DNA of 64,000 bases from Planctomycetota bacterium (GTDB lineage Bacteria; Planctomycetota; UBA8108; SXIK01): positions 3,296,001-3,360,000 of the forward strand of contig OZ244999.1 of NCBI GenBank assembly GCA_965223265.1, written 5' to 3'. Made by a program: the position numbers and the translations under genes. Shown one piece after another: positions 9,245-21,400 of the stretch; the first letter of the stretch is position 1; every line of letters starts with the position of its first letter. The notes beneath the pieces were generated by a model. The model worked only from the letters and a program-made list of their open reading frames with translations, was not told where the DNA came from and did no database searches.

Positions 9245-10315
9245 GTGACTCTGATGCTGCTGCCCGGTATGAGAAGAGAAGAGAGGAAGACTGTGGCGAC
9301 CCCCGCGGGTGCCGTCATCCCTCGCGCTGTCGCGTTCATTGTTGGCGGCTTCGCGCTCGTCAACGCCGCCGGTGGATGGCTACGACCAGGATTCGACGCC
9401 AACAATTGGTGGATCGATCTGCGACCGTTGCCGTCGTTCGCCGCCAGTTGGTTTCTTTTTGTCGCCTCGGGATTCTTGCTTGCGCACAGCTTTTCTCCGG
9501 CCAGGCGAGCGACCGTACGCGCGCGTGTGACGTTGTCGCTGCTCGTCGTTCTGGCCGCTTTCGCCCTTTGGAACTGCGCACATTTTTTTATCCTCCAGGC
9601 TCAGGGTAGCATCGCAGCCGGCATTCCTCTGCCGTTCAGCGCGTTCGTTTTCGCCGCACTTGTGTGGGTCGGCTGGAGCGTCGGCCGCTGCGATTCAGTC
9701 GACTTGCGGTCACCGGCAAGGCGTGCCTCTGCGTTTGCCGTCGTGGTTGGCTTGTTGACGATCCTCCCGCTCTGCCAAATGTGGTGCTTCGGCAAAACCG
9801 ACTACCGCCGTCCCGCCGACGCCGCGGTCGTGTTCGGGGCCGGAGTTGATGCGAGCGGCCGACCTTCCGATGCGCTCAAGGACCGAGTCCGCACTGCATG
9901 CGCGCTTTATCATGAAGGCTTGGTGCGCCAGCTGATCTTCTCAGGCGGTCCCGGCGCTGGCAAAGTGCATGAGACTGAGGCCATGCGCCGGTTTGCGACC
10001 ACCCTTCCGAACCACGCCGTTCCCTACGACGCCATACTTCTCGATCCGGACGGTGTCAACACTCGTGCTACGGTCGAGAATACGTGCCGTCTCTTTCGCC
10101 AACACAACATCGCTCGAATTCTTGCCGTGAGCCACTTCTACCACCTACCTCGCATCAAGCTGGCGTACCAGCGTGCCGGGCGAAATGTGTACACGGTTCC
10201 GGCCGAGGAGTCCTATACGTTGACCATGCTGCCATGGTATGTAGCTCGGGAGGTCGCAGCCGTCTGGGCTTACTTCGTTGCTCCAGGGGCGGTACCGCGT
10301 CTCGCGAACGCCTGA
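9245..10315 (+). CDS. YdcF/SanA/ElyC (DUF218) membrane protein
   Basis: N-terminal TM helices; AAVVFGA, LIFSGG, E-x-E-A-M, VSHFYHLPR motifs. Start codon uncertain. Confidence 0.88.
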   Translation: MTLMLLPGMRREERKTVATPAGAVIPRAVAFIVGGFALVNAAGGWLRPGFDANNWWIDLRPLPSFAASWFLFVASGFLLAHSFSPARRATVRARVTLSLLVVLAAFALWNCAHFFILQAQGSIAAGIPLPFSAFVFAALVWVGWSVGRCDSVDLRSPARRASAFAVVVGLLTILPLCQMWCFGKTDYRRPADAAVVFGAGVDASGRPSDALKDRVRTACALYHEGLVRQLIFSGGPGAGKVHETEAMRRFATTLPNHAVPYDAILLDPDGVNTRATVENTCRLFRQHNIARILAVSHFYHLPRIKLAYQRAGRNVYTVPAEESYTLTMLPWYVAREVAAVWAYFVAPGAVPRLANA

Positions 10316-10732
10316 ACTCTTCAGGATTCCCAACTCACTTTGCGGCGTCTCGCAATTCCACGTTTGTTGCTGACGGTTTGGACTGCCGCCATGTGAAGGC
10401 TTCCAACGGCTCGACGTCTCCGACTGCCTGACGTTGGCGCACGTTCATTGCCATCCAAACCCGCAGTCCCGTCGCCGCGGATTCTTCGGGGGCGCGCTGC
10501 ACCGCCAACCCCCCTACGACGATGAACGTGAGGGCTCGTCGTCGCGCTCGATGAGTCATTGCCTGACGATTCAACTCGCGTTGCAACCCCGCTGGCGTCG
10601 TGATACTGTGGGGCCCGGTCGGTCACGTCGGCCCGCGCCGCGGCGTAGGCGCGCCGTGGAGTACGCAGACGCTCCCGGCGGCGGGGTTCGGAGTGCTTCC
10701 GACGAACATCTCGGACTTCTTTAGAGGATCGC

Positions 10733-12088
10733 ATGGATCGTCAGCGACGTCGCCCCAATCGCCGGCAGTTTCTTAGCAGCTCGGCGGCGAGCCTGGCCGC
10801 ATTCACGATCGCTCCGTCGCACATACTGGGCGGGGAGAAGACACCGCCAAGCGAAAGGCTCAACCTTGCGTACATCGGCGCTGGCGGTCGCGGGGTGGCG
10901 AATTCGCGGGCCCTGAGTCCGTATACGAACGTGCTCGCTCTGTGCGATGTCGATGACCAACGTGCGAAAATTGCCTACGAGAAGTATCCGTCTGCCCAGC
11001 GGTTCCGCGACTATCGCAAGATGCTTGATCGACTCGAGAATTCGATCGACGCCGTGGTCGTTTCGACTCCCGATCACACGCATGCCGTTGCAGTCATGGA
11101 CGCGCTTCGACGCGGCAAGCATGTCTACTGCGAGAAGCCCCTCGCGCACTCGATTCATGAGATTCGGGCGATGATGGAACTCGCGAGCCAAAAGGGTGTC
11201 GTCACCCAACTCGGCAATCAAGGCCACGCGTCGAGAGACATCCGCAAGCTTGTCGAGTGGGTCCGCGACGGCGCCATCGGACGCGTGCACACCATTCACG
11301 CCGCCTGCAGCGCGGTGCACTGCAAAATTGACCAGTTGCCGCAGCGGCGGGAAAAGCCAGCAGTTCTCAAAGGCGTTGACTGGGACCTCTGGCTCGGACC
11401 GGCAGCCAAGCGCGCCTTTCACCCGATGTACATTCGAGGCCAGTGGCGTGGCTGGAAGCCCTTCGGTAACGGCACCATCGGCGATTGGGTCTGCCACGTT
11501 CTCGACCCGTCGTTTTGGGCACTCGAACTCGGCGCGCCTGCGTCCGTCAAGGCGCTCGACGTTGGCGACTATGATCCGTCCGAGCATGCCGACACGTTCC
11601 CGTGCGGCAGTGCGCTTCGCTTCGAGTTTCCGGCGCGCGGCGATCGCCCGCCGGTGACGCTGTTTTGGTACAGCGGCTCGCGCTCTCTACCGCGTCCGGC
11701 TGAACTCGAGCCTGATCGTGAGCCGGTGCGTACGGGAGCCGTCCTCTTCGGCGACGGTGGTACGATCATGCACGGTTCCCACGGCGCTCGCGACGTCGAG
11801 CTTCTCCCAAAGGAGCGCATGCTCGACTACAAACGGCCGACGCCAACGATTCCACGCGTCAAGAATCACCGGCACGATTTTGTGCAGGCGATCTTGGAAG
11901 GTCGGCGCGCCGGATCCGATTTCGTCACCTATGGCGGGCCGCTCACGGAAATCGCGCTGCTCGGAGTCATTGCACTCAGTTTTCCCGGCCGAAAACTCAG
12001 TTGGAACGCGGCACAAGGGCGATTCACCGACTGTGACGAGGCCAACGCTTTGATTGCACCGCCGTATCGTCGCGGTTGGGTGCTGTAG
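10733..12088 (+). CDS. Tat-exported Gfo/Idh/MocA oxidoreductase
   Basis: NRRQFL twin-arginine signal; IGAGGRG, STPDHTH, HVYCEKP, WDLWLGPA motifs. Confidence 0.93.
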   Translation: MDRQRRRPNRRQFLSSSAASLAAFTIAPSHILGGEKTPPSERLNLAYIGAGGRGVANSRALSPYTNVLALCDVDDQRAKIAYEKYPSAQRFRDYRKMLDRLENSIDAVVVSTPDHTHAVAVMDALRRGKHVYCEKPLAHSIHEIRAMMELASQKGVVTQLGNQGHASRDIRKLVEWVRDGAIGRVHTIHAACSAVHCKIDQLPQRREKPAVLKGVDWDLWLGPAAKRAFHPMYIRGQWRGWKPFGNGTIGDWVCHVLDPSFWALELGAPASVKALDVGDYDPSEHADTFPCGSALRFEFPARGDRPPVTLFWYSGSRSLPRPAELEPDREPVRTGAVLFGDGGTIMHGSHGARDVELLPKERMLDYKRPTPTIPRVKNHRHDFVQAILEGRRAGSDFVTYGGPLTEIALLGVIALSFPGRKLSWNAAQGRFTDCDEANALIAPPYRRGWVL

Positions 12089-12201
12089 CGCGGGGATCGG
12101 AGTGCCCGGAGATTCCAGTTTTTATGGACAGCGCGGTGCCGCCGCTGATCGACACTGCTGGAGTCGGCGGTTGCGTCCGGATCTCAGGGTGTCCGGAGAA
12201 T

Positions 12202-13377
12202 CTAGTTTGTCGGTGAGCTAGCGAGCGCGACGATCGAACGACGACGTGGCTCATTCGACGCTGCCACCTTGTATTGGTCGTTCACAATGGCGCTTTCGTC
12301 GAACGTGATGTGTAGGATCGCGGTGCGTTCATCGGTCGTGCAGATGATATGAACCCTGCCGTCGCGCCCTTGGATGGCGTACGGGTAGGCGAAGGTGTTG
12401 TCATCCGTGAGAAGGTTGCGTCGATAGGGGTAGGTCTTGTCGCCGTCGAGGGAAACGGCAACTGTTAGCGGTGTCCGCTCGTTCATGTTGTCGTTGTAGA
12501 CGAGAAGTAGGTTGCCGCTTTGGAGCTTGATAAAGTCGACCGCCGAGTTGGGATTACGAAATTCGGTCTGTTTCGCATCAGTGAATGTCCGCCCCCCGTC
12601 GCGCGACTCTGCTCGCAGCAAGTAGCCATCGTCCGTGGGAAGAAAGTTACCGCCGCGTCGGATGTAGCACACAAGGTAGTCGTCCGTGAGCTGTGCGACC
12701 TGTGCCTGGAGATTGCCCATGGGTGAGCGGATGTAGTTGGTCTCGGTCCACTCTTTGGTGCGTGGGTTGTAGCGCATGAAGTAGGAGGCGGTATCCGAGG
12801 CCGTAGCCTCGCGATCGTCACCGGTTTCATAGTAGAGCGGCAGCAGGTAGTCTCCGTTGGTCAGCACGATGGGCTGCCCCCGAGCCATCGTGCCTTCTTT
12901 CCATGTCAGCATGAACGAGTCGGACCATGTCTGGCAGCCATCGCGCGAGATTTTTGCTTTGACGCGAGCGTTGGACCAGGTCTCTCCGTAGCGATTTACG
13001 TAGAAGAGCCACACGACACCGTCAGGTGCCTGCCAGACGACCGGGTTTCCCTCCGACCGGTCGGGGGTGTCAGCGATGGCTTTGGGGAGGGTCCAGCGGC
13101 TGGATCCCTTCTTCAATCGGGCACCGTAGACGGCGGTGTCGTCGCCGTACTCGCCGGAACCGCCGTAGAACGTCAAGTAGAGGTCGCCGCTGTCGAGCTC
13201 GGTGATCGACGCCGGATGCTTGTAGTGGCCGCCGGGGTGTTCAGGGCCGAAGACTCGCGTGACTTTGACGTCCAGTTCGGCCGGGGTGCCCGAGCTCGGC
13301 GTTCCGAGGTGGGAGCAGGAAATCAAAAGCCAGGTAGCCAGAATAGGGATCGACGACTTAGGAACGCAGCGATGCAT
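12202..13377 (-). CDS. Sialidase-like BNR/Asp-box protein, probable lipoprotein
   Basis: Asp boxes SRDGCQTW, SRDGGRTF, SLDGDKTY; NPVVW and YPYAIQ motifs; LLISC lipobox. Start approximate. Confidence 0.8.
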   Translation of the reverse strand: MHRCVPKSSIPILATWLLISCSHLGTPSSGTPAELDVKVTRVFGPEHPGGHYKHPASITELDSGDLYLTFYGGSGEYGDDTAVYGARLKKGSSRWTLPKAIADTPDRSEGNPVVWQAPDGVVWLFYVNRYGETWSNARVKAKISRDGCQTWSDSFMLTWKEGTMARGQPIVLTNGDYLLPLYYETGDDREATASDTASYFMRYNPRTKEWTETNYIRSPMGNLQAQVAQLTDDYLVCYIRRGGNFLPTDDGYLLRAESRDGGRTFTDAKQTEFRNPNSAVDFIKLQSGNLLLVYNDNMNERTPLTVAVSLDGDKTYPYRRNLLTDDNTFAYPYAIQGRDGRVHIICTTDERTAILHITFDESAIVNDQYKVAASNEPRRRSIVALASSPTN

Positions 13378-13566
13378 GCCGAGACTCCTTCTTTGTTGTT
13401 TGGCCGCTATCATAGCAGGCTTCGTCGAGCAGCCAAGAGTCTCTCCAGCGAGTGCCAGGTTTTGGAGTGATCGAGTCGAACTTTCGATCTGCTGCTCATC
13501 TGTTCGACGAGCTCCTGAATTGGAAGCTCGACAGAACGTCAAAGAGCAGCGCGCGACGGATTCCCG

Positions 13567-15357
13567 TCAGCGCCTCGCTGTCCGCGCCGCTGCGGTCTTG
13601 CCGCTCGCCGTGGCAGTTGCCGCCGCCGCCTTCGGCAACGTCACGGAAACGACCTCTGAGTGCACTGACTCGTTGAACGAGCCATCGACCGCCGTAACGA
13701 CGAAGTGATACGTGCGGCCGGGCTGCAGGCCGAAGTTGGTGTAGGTTTCGTCGTAGATCACTGAGGCGATCTCGCCAAAGGGGCCACGTTTTTCGTGCGC
13801 GCGGTAGATTGTGTAGCTGTCGAAATCGGCCTCTGTATTCTCCTTCCACGTGAGCACGGCCGCGCCGTCTCGCAGGGTCAGCTTGAGACGGCTCGGTGCG
13901 GCCGGCGGTAGAGGGGAAGCTGGCATCGATCGCGGCGATTCGTTGCCACTTTGATCAAGCGCTGTGACGAAGAACCAGTCGGCGAGCTCGAAGCGGTTCT
14001 TTGACAACGTCATCGTGCGCTCGCGCACTGGTTCCTGCGTGACGCGCGTGTACGGCCCCTCTAGATCAGCGGATCGATAGACGTGATAGCCAGCAAAGTC
14101 TTTTTCCCGATTTCGCGCCCAAGTGAGCTGGACGTTCTGCGAGTCTTTCTTGACTTTGGCGCGGAGCGTCTTCGGTGCGTCCGGGGCACTGAAGTCGCGC
14201 CGCGCCGCGCTTTCCGATGCTAGCTCATTCAGCAGCCCCCAAGCTCGCACCTCCAAAACGCTCACGTCGCCACTGTCTTCACCTCGCAGTACGAGCGGGC
14301 CGGCAACGTGCACCGGCGGTAGATGCGGCGTCCAGCGCTCGAGCAGAGCAGCGTACGCGTTGTGTTCCACGTCCGTAGGCAATATCTCGCGTTTCTTGCG
14401 ATAGTCCCACTTGACGTTCCGCGTCAAAGGGGTCAAGTACATCCACGTGTCCGTTCCGGTCGGCTGCAGTGCCAGCTGCCCGAGGCGCTTGGCGACCCGT
14501 CCAGACACTGTCGCTTCGATCCCGAAGAGCTGCGCTCCGTCGCCTGTCGATTGGATACTCTTGGCCCACGTCGCGACGTCCACCTGCGCGGCCTTTTCGA
14601 GACGCACCTCGACGGTCGAGGTCGCCAGGTCGGGTGCGCCGCCGACGGCAGCAATGCCTGGGAGTTGCTCGACCGTGCTGCGCATAGTTGCCCACGGCTC
14701 TGTCAGTCCGTAGGGGCTGTTGACGCGAATCCCCAGACGGAGTTCGCGAAGCACGGAGTCATCTCGAGCGCCGAAGGCGTAGAATTCCCGGACCTGCAGC
14801 GTCAGTTCTGTTCTTCCGTCGCTCTGTACGACCGGCCCGATGACGCGCAGAGGTCGGCGGTCTTCAACCCACTGCGCGGTGAGCCGTGCATGCGCGCCCG
14901 CCTCGACCGGACGGACCGGAAAGGGGCTCTTGCTGCGAAAGTCCCACTGCACTTTGGTTTCGAGCGGCACCAAGCGAAACACATCGCCATCGGGCGCTAC
15001 GAGCACAAAATCGGCGCCGCGCTTTTCGATCCGGCCGTCGACGGTTGCTTCCATGCCACGGAGTCGCGCGCCGATACGGATCCCTTCGATGAACTTCGCG
15101 ACCTCGCGCGGTGCGAGCATGCGGCCTCCTGCCGGCCGGACGATGCAGGTGTTGTGCTCGGCGTTCGGTTCCTCGGCGACGAGCTCGGCACCGGGAAGGC
15201 CGACGAGGCCAGCATAGACCTGCGGGTAGCATTCGCCCAATCCGAAGGGGCAGTTGAGCCCGATGCCGAAGCTCAGTGAGCGGATTTGGGCCGTAGCGTC
15301 CGCCGGAAGGCTCAGCGCTGCTAAAACCGTGAGGGTCAAAGAAAGGAGTCGTTTCAT
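13567..15357 (-). CDS. Secreted protein: two tandem HMA-like-containing repeats plus two C-terminal FN3 domains
   Basis: Signal peptide; repeat 1 GLNCPFGLGECY...GLPGA, repeat 2 RVNSPYGLTEPW...QLPGI; FN3 motifs GYHVYRS, VTALDQSGNES, VTAVDGSFNES. Confidence 0.8.
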   Translation of the reverse strand: MKRLLSLTLTVLAALSLPADATAQIRSLSFGIGLNCPFGLGECYPQVYAGLVGLPGAELVAEEPNAEHNTCIVRPAGGRMLAPREVAKFIEGIRIGARLRGMEATVDGRIEKRGADFVLVAPDGDVFRLVPLETKVQWDFRSKSPFPVRPVEAGAHARLTAQWVEDRRPLRVIGPVVQSDGRTELTLQVREFYAFGARDDSVLRELRLGIRVNSPYGLTEPWATMRSTVEQLPGIAAVGGAPDLATSTVEVRLEKAAQVDVATWAKSIQSTGDGAQLFGIEATVSGRVAKRLGQLALQPTGTDTWMYLTPLTRNVKWDYRKKREILPTDVEHNAYAALLERWTPHLPPVHVAGPLVLRGEDSGDVSVLEVRAWGLLNELASESAARRDFSAPDAPKTLRAKVKKDSQNVQLTWARNREKDFAGYHVYRSADLEGPYTRVTQEPVRERTMTLSKNRFELADWFFVTALDQSGNESPRSMPASPLPPAAPSRLKLTLRDGAAVLTWKENTEADFDSYTIYRAHEKRGPFGEIASVIYDETYTNFGLQPGRTYHFVVTAVDGSFNESVHSEVVSVTLPKAAAATATASGKTAAARTARR

Positions 15358-15413
15358 GGGAGGTTGCCTGTGGTGATGGTCGCGCTTGTCGTCAAACCCT
15401 TCACGTCGTAGCT

Positions 15414-18400
15414 TCAGTCGAACACGATGTAGGCGACTTGCTCAGTCGTGTGTTTGCGTTCGGAATCGCGGATTTGGTCTTCGTCGTACGCCAGATCAAG
15501 ACCAAGTGCCAGCGGCGCGGCTCCGTAGAGGATGGGCCAGCCACCATTGTTTCCATCCATACCTGCAGAGCTGATGATCGCCACGTGTGGATTCGGCAAG
15601 CCGAGTGCGTAGCGATACGGCGGGCTGTTGGTGACACCGCGAATCGAGTCGCCACCCAAAGCCGCTTCATAGTTGACCCCAGCAATGGATCCGGAGCCTG
15701 CCTCGATGACGATGTATCCGATGGTTTCGTCGGCGCGCGTGGTGATCGTGTCCTCGGCCACATGTTTACCCATGGCGAGGCTGCCGCTGGACGGTGGTGT
15801 CTTCGCGCCGCCGTTACTCGCCCAGAACATGGACCAGTTGATGTCGTTCTCGCTCATGACTTGACCCAGAACCACCGGATTCGTGTAGGTATTGAGATAG
15901 GAGCGGGGACCGGGCGTCCACGATCCTTGGCGGTCCGTATCTGTTGACGTGTACTTGACGGCTTCCATGGTGACGCCGTCAACAGCGGCTGTGTACACAC
16001 CCGCTTCGACCGCGACGTAGTGCACGGAGTATCCATTCAGCGCCGCGTCTCCGGGGTTTTGCACTTTCAGTTCGAAGCTGCTGCCACCGGCGTTTCGCAC
16101 GCGCGGCACCGCAGGTTGATCGCTTGCACTGTAGTTGACCGAGCAGACGACGACCATCGACTGAAACGACTGCTGCAGCGTCACGATTTGCCAGTTGCTG
16201 TCGACACCCGTGATCACACCAGTCTCCAGGGTCAAACCAGCGGGAGCCTGCGGCTGGGCGCTGGTTTCCTCGGAATCGAAGCTCTCGCCGCCCGTGTTCG
16301 AGGCGCTGACGACGTAGAAGTACGTCGTGCCGTTGTGAGTGTCTCCATCGTCATATGAGGTCGCCGTGACGCCCGTCGCGATCACCGTGAACGGGTTGGT
16401 GCCGGTAGCACGCTTGACGTTGTAAGTGTCTGCGCCAGGGGACGCGGTCCAGTTGAGCGCAACCGTTCCATCGCCAGCACTCGCGGTCAGGTCTATTGGA
16501 GGGACAGGAACTGCCGCCGGCTCGTCGTCGTCGATCTGCTCGAGGTAGGCGACGAGCTGAAGCTGCTGCTGGGCAGTGAGTGTGCTCGTCACACCGTGCA
16601 GGTCCGCGGAGTTCTGCGTCGTGATGACGTCCAGAAGAGAGCTCGCCGAGCCATCGTGAAGGTACGGCGCGCTGTTCCAGAGGCCCCGGAGCGTCGGTGT
16701 GTCGAGGCCCGTGAGGGGCTGACCGAGTCGCTCACCGGAGGAGGCCTTGATCGTGCCAACGTCGTGCAGCAGGAGCCCACTCGTTCCCACGGTGCTGTCA
16801 GTGAATTCCGTTCCGGCGTGACATAGCGCGCACTCGAGTTGCTGAAAGATCTGCTTTCCCAGCAGAGCGTCAGCCGTCAGCGTTCCGTCGCCGTTGCGAT
16901 GAGGGCTGAGGCCGCTCTCCGCCAGAGAGGTGACGTACGCGGCCAGTGCATCGAGATCGGCGCTCCTGCCGGCATTCGGAGCCCCAAGGGAACTGTTCGG
17001 TTGGCCGTTGATGAAACCCGTACCGCCGAAGGCGCCGCGAATGTCGAGTTCAAAGTCTTGGATCTCGTCAAAGTTGGCAGTCCAGTGGACGTTGCCGTGT
17101 CCTGTGCCAGCTCTTCTTGTCAGCGCGATCGTGTTACGCAGTCCTTCGCCGCGGTCGGTGAAGTCCCAAACACGACCATCTTCGCCGCCGTCGAGGTGGC
17201 AGGTGGCGCAGCTCAAGTAGCCTTGGAGAGTCATGCGCGTGTCGGCGGCGTTATAGAAGATCTGCTTCCCAAGGAGTACTTCGGGCGCGAGCAGCTCGGT
17301 ATCCACTGCATCGATCACAGCAAGCTCCGTGGCGCTTGTGCTTGTGCCGTTCGCCAGCCCGGCGATGTCGAACGCCGAAACGCTCCGCGTCATGAAGTTG
17401 AGCACGAACAGTCTCAGGCCGTCCGGAGTGACGACTATGTCCTGAGGTGCGAGTTCGCCGCCCAGCAGGATGTCTGTGACCGTGGAATTGTCGTAGGCGT
17501 TGAACACTCTGACGGCGTTGTTGCCTTGGTAGGCGATGAACGCGAGGTCGCCTACCGGTGAGAAGTCCACACCGTGCGGAAGCTCGTGATCGTCCACGTC
17601 GTGACGTTCGGTGAGTTCCTCGACGTTGGCGATCAGGTTCAGCTTCGAGAAGATGGACCGCACGGTGCTGTCCTGCGTCAAGACGATGCCGTCACGGAAG
17701 AGCCCTCGATCGGTATTGTCCTTCTTCGACGGCACCCAGAGCCGCTGTCCGTCGGGCGAGATGGCCATCTGTACAAGGTAGTTCGGCGTGCCGCGCCCTG
17801 AGAACTCAGAGTCTGGTGTGGTGTCGTGCGCCAGCGTGAATGTGCGTGTGACGGTAAACGTCGGAGCGTCCACCTCACGCACCTCGCCGACGAGCATGGG
17901 CGAGACGAAACGGCCGACGAAGATGCGGCCCGAGTCGGCAGAGATCGCGAGCGCTCGAGGCGCCGGTCCGACATCAAGCGTGCGGATTTGTGTGCGTGTG
18001 GCGGGATCCCACTCGGCGAGCAGGCCACCGTCCATGTACGTGACGTAGGCGGCGCTATCGTTCGACGCGAACGCAATCCCCATCGGCCGCGCGCCACGTG
18101 GCGTCGCGAGCACCTGGAGGGGTGCCCCGCTAACCGCATCCAAGACATAGATCTCGTCTGAGCTTTCGCAAGTCACCCAGATTTCGCTGCTGCCTGGACC
18201 CAATGCGAGGCTACGTGGCTCGACGCCAACGGGGATCTCGAAATCCTTGGTCAACCCAGCGCTGTCGATTCGCGTCACCGTGTTGCTGTCCGGATTGACG
18301 TTCCATACCTTGGAGCGGGCGGCGTCGTAGACAATCTGCGCCGAAGCGGTCGCTTCGCCTGGTGGTAACGCCAAGTGGACGATCTGTACGATCGTCGACG

Positions 18401-21400
18401 ACACGATCGTGGTGCCGTCGGTAACGAAACCGGTGACGGTATATCGACCCGGAGCACCGTAGTTGTGAAGCGCCGAGATCGACGGCGAGTACGGTGTCTG
18501 AGGTGTGCCATCGCCGAAGTCGAACGAGTAGGTGAGCGGGTCAAGGTCCGCATCCGATGCACTTGCCGTGAACGTGACGTCGGCGCCGGTTGGAGCCGGG
18601 TTCAAAGATGATGCGACGGACGCGATGACCGGTGGACTCAGAGTCGTCGCTGTCGCCTCGGCGGAGTCGGCACTCTCGCCGGCGACGTTGATCGCGCTGA
18701 CGACGTAATAGTAGGTCGTGCCGTCATTCAAATTCGTGTCGATGAAGTTCGTCTCGACAGTGTTGGCGATCGATGCATACGGTCCGCCGGTCGTCCCGCC
18801 GCGTTTGATGTTGTAACTCTCCGCACGTTCCGAAGCGCTCCAGTTGAGGGTCACCTGGAGGTCGCCGCCGGCAGCCGTCAGATTGGTCGGCGCCTCCGGC
18901 GGTAACGTCTGTTCGTCGAACACGAGATAAGCGACTTGCTCGGTGGTGTGGGCGCGGTCGGTGTCGCCGATGACGTCTTCGTCAATGGCGAGGTTGAGGG
19001 TCGTGCCCGCCGGATTGGCGCCATAGAGCATTGGAATGCCGCCGTCGCCGCCGTCCATGCCCGCGGCGCTGACGATGGCGGTGCGTGGGTTCGCGAGACC
19101 GCTCAGGGCATACGCGTACGGCGGACTATTCAAGAATCCCTCAACGGTGTCACTGCCTACAGCCGCCGTGAAGGGAAGCCCAGCCAAGACGCCGGAGCCG
19201 GACTCAATGACGATGAGCCCCACGGTCTCATTGGCGCGGGTCGTGTTCGTATCCTCACCGACGTGTTTGCCAACGCCGAGTGAAGTTGCTGTCGGCGGAT
19301 TCCCTTGGCTGCCATCGCTGGCCCAAAACACCGACCAGCTGACGTCGTTTTCCGACATCACTTGGCCGACAACGACCGGGTTCGAGTATCCATTCTGGTA
19401 GACCAAGTCTTGGTTGAGCCAAGAACCCTTGCGCGCCGTAACCGCAGAGGTCAACTTCACGGCTTCAAGAGTGACGCCCTCGATGGCTGCTGTGTAAACA
19501 CCCTCCTCGACCACCACGTAGTGAACGGCGTAACCCGAAAGTGCGTTACCACTGGGGTTCTGGACGCGGACTTCAAAGCTGTTACCGGCGGCGTTTCGCA
19601 CACGCGTGACGGCAGTCGCCTGTCCAGCGCCGTAGCTAGCTGAGCAAACCACGACCATCGAGTCGTAGGTTTGCGCCAACGTCACCGTTTGCCAACCGCT
19701 GCCAACGTTCGAGAGAACGCCGGTGAGCAGCTTGATGGATGGTGCTTGCGGCGTCGCGCTCGACTCGTTTGAGTTACCGCTCTCGCCCGCTGGGTTGACC
19801 GCGGTGACGACATAGTAGTAGGTCGTTCCGTCCGTCAAGCCGGTATCGAGAAAGCTCGTGCCGGTGAGGGAGAACGCGATCACGCTGTAGGGGCCGCCGC
19901 TCGTTGTTGAACGATAGACGTTGTACTCGGCCGCCAATGGCGACGCGCCCCAGGTCAGGCTCACCTGTGTGTTCCCGGCGATGGCGCTGAGCGCTGTGGG
20001 CGGACTCGGGGGCGGGTTCGGTGTGGCGCTTGCCTCGGACGAGTCGGCGCTCTCGCCGGCGCCGTTGAGCGCGGAGACGACGTAGAAGTAGGTGGCACCG
20101 TTCGTCACCGAGTTGTCCGAGTACGAGGTGCTGGTGACCGAAGCGACAAAGCCGTAAGGACCGCCGGAGACGGTAGCGCGTTTGACGCTGTAGCTCGCGA
20201 TGGTGCCGGACGGTGCGCTCCAAACGAGGTCGACGACTCCGTTTTTTCCTGTCGCCTCAAGGTCGGAAGGAACTCCCGGTGGCTGCAGCGTCGGCGTTGC
20301 GCTCACTTCGGCGGACTCCGGGCTTTCGCCGATGAGGTTCGCGGCGGTGACGACGTAGTAGTATGTCGTACCGTTGACGACGCTCGTGTCGGTGAAGCTG
20401 GTGCTCGGCAACCCAGGTGCGATCGTCGCGTAGGGACCACCGGCGGTGGTGGCGCGTTTGACGTTGTACGTGGTCGCGCCGCTGGCGATGTCCCACGTCA
20501 GGATGACTTGGGCGTCGCCTGCGCTCGCCGCGAGCCCGGTGGGTGCTGGCGGTGGCTGGTTAGCAGCGGCTGGGGTGACGAGTATCCACGGTGCCGCGGC
20601 AGGGATGCCGTTCGTATCAATTAGGAACAGCATGTAGTGCCCCGGCGGGCACTCCGTCGGATTCGACGGCATGGTCACGTCGAGACCACCGGCGACCTCG
20701 GTGAACGCCAGCTTGTTGATGCGCTGGTTCATGTTCTTGGTGTGGGTGACCGCCGACGGCCGGAGCAGGTTGACCTGGGCGATGCTCGCGGCATCGGGCG
20801 TCCCGACGAAGAACGTATCGCTGAGCGCGACGCTCGCTGGTGAAGTGGCGACGGTCGGTCGCGTCCCTTGGAAGAGGTACGGCGGTGAGAAGACCTGCAG
20901 CGTTGGGTGGCCGTCGCCGCCGATGCTCGCGACACGCCCGTCCGGCAACAGCACGGCTTCGGAGTGGTAGCCGCGATATTCGGCTTCGGTGGCCCACGTC
21001 GTCCAGTTGTCCGCCACCGGATCCCAAACGATGGCTGGCTTCGGACCATCTTCTGTGTTGAAGCCACTCGAACTGCTACCGCCGATGACCAGGACTCGTC
21101 CGTCCGGCAGGATCGAGACGTCGTGTTGGCGACGGACCTGCGGCATGGGAGCGACAAAGCTCCACGTCGGCGTCGGCGCGTTCAAATCGATGACTTCGCA
21201 CGTCGCGGTCGGCGCGTCGGCGCCGCCGGTGTAGATCACCTTGCCGACTTCGTACATGCACGCCGAGCCGTAGTTGTCGCGGCCGCTCTCCTGACGCGTG
21301 GCGCTCGTTGTCCAGGTTCCCGTCCCGGAGGTGTCGAGAAAGCGCGACGGCGATGTGGCGACGAACACCTGTCCGGACGGCGCGAGGAACGCGGCCGGAA

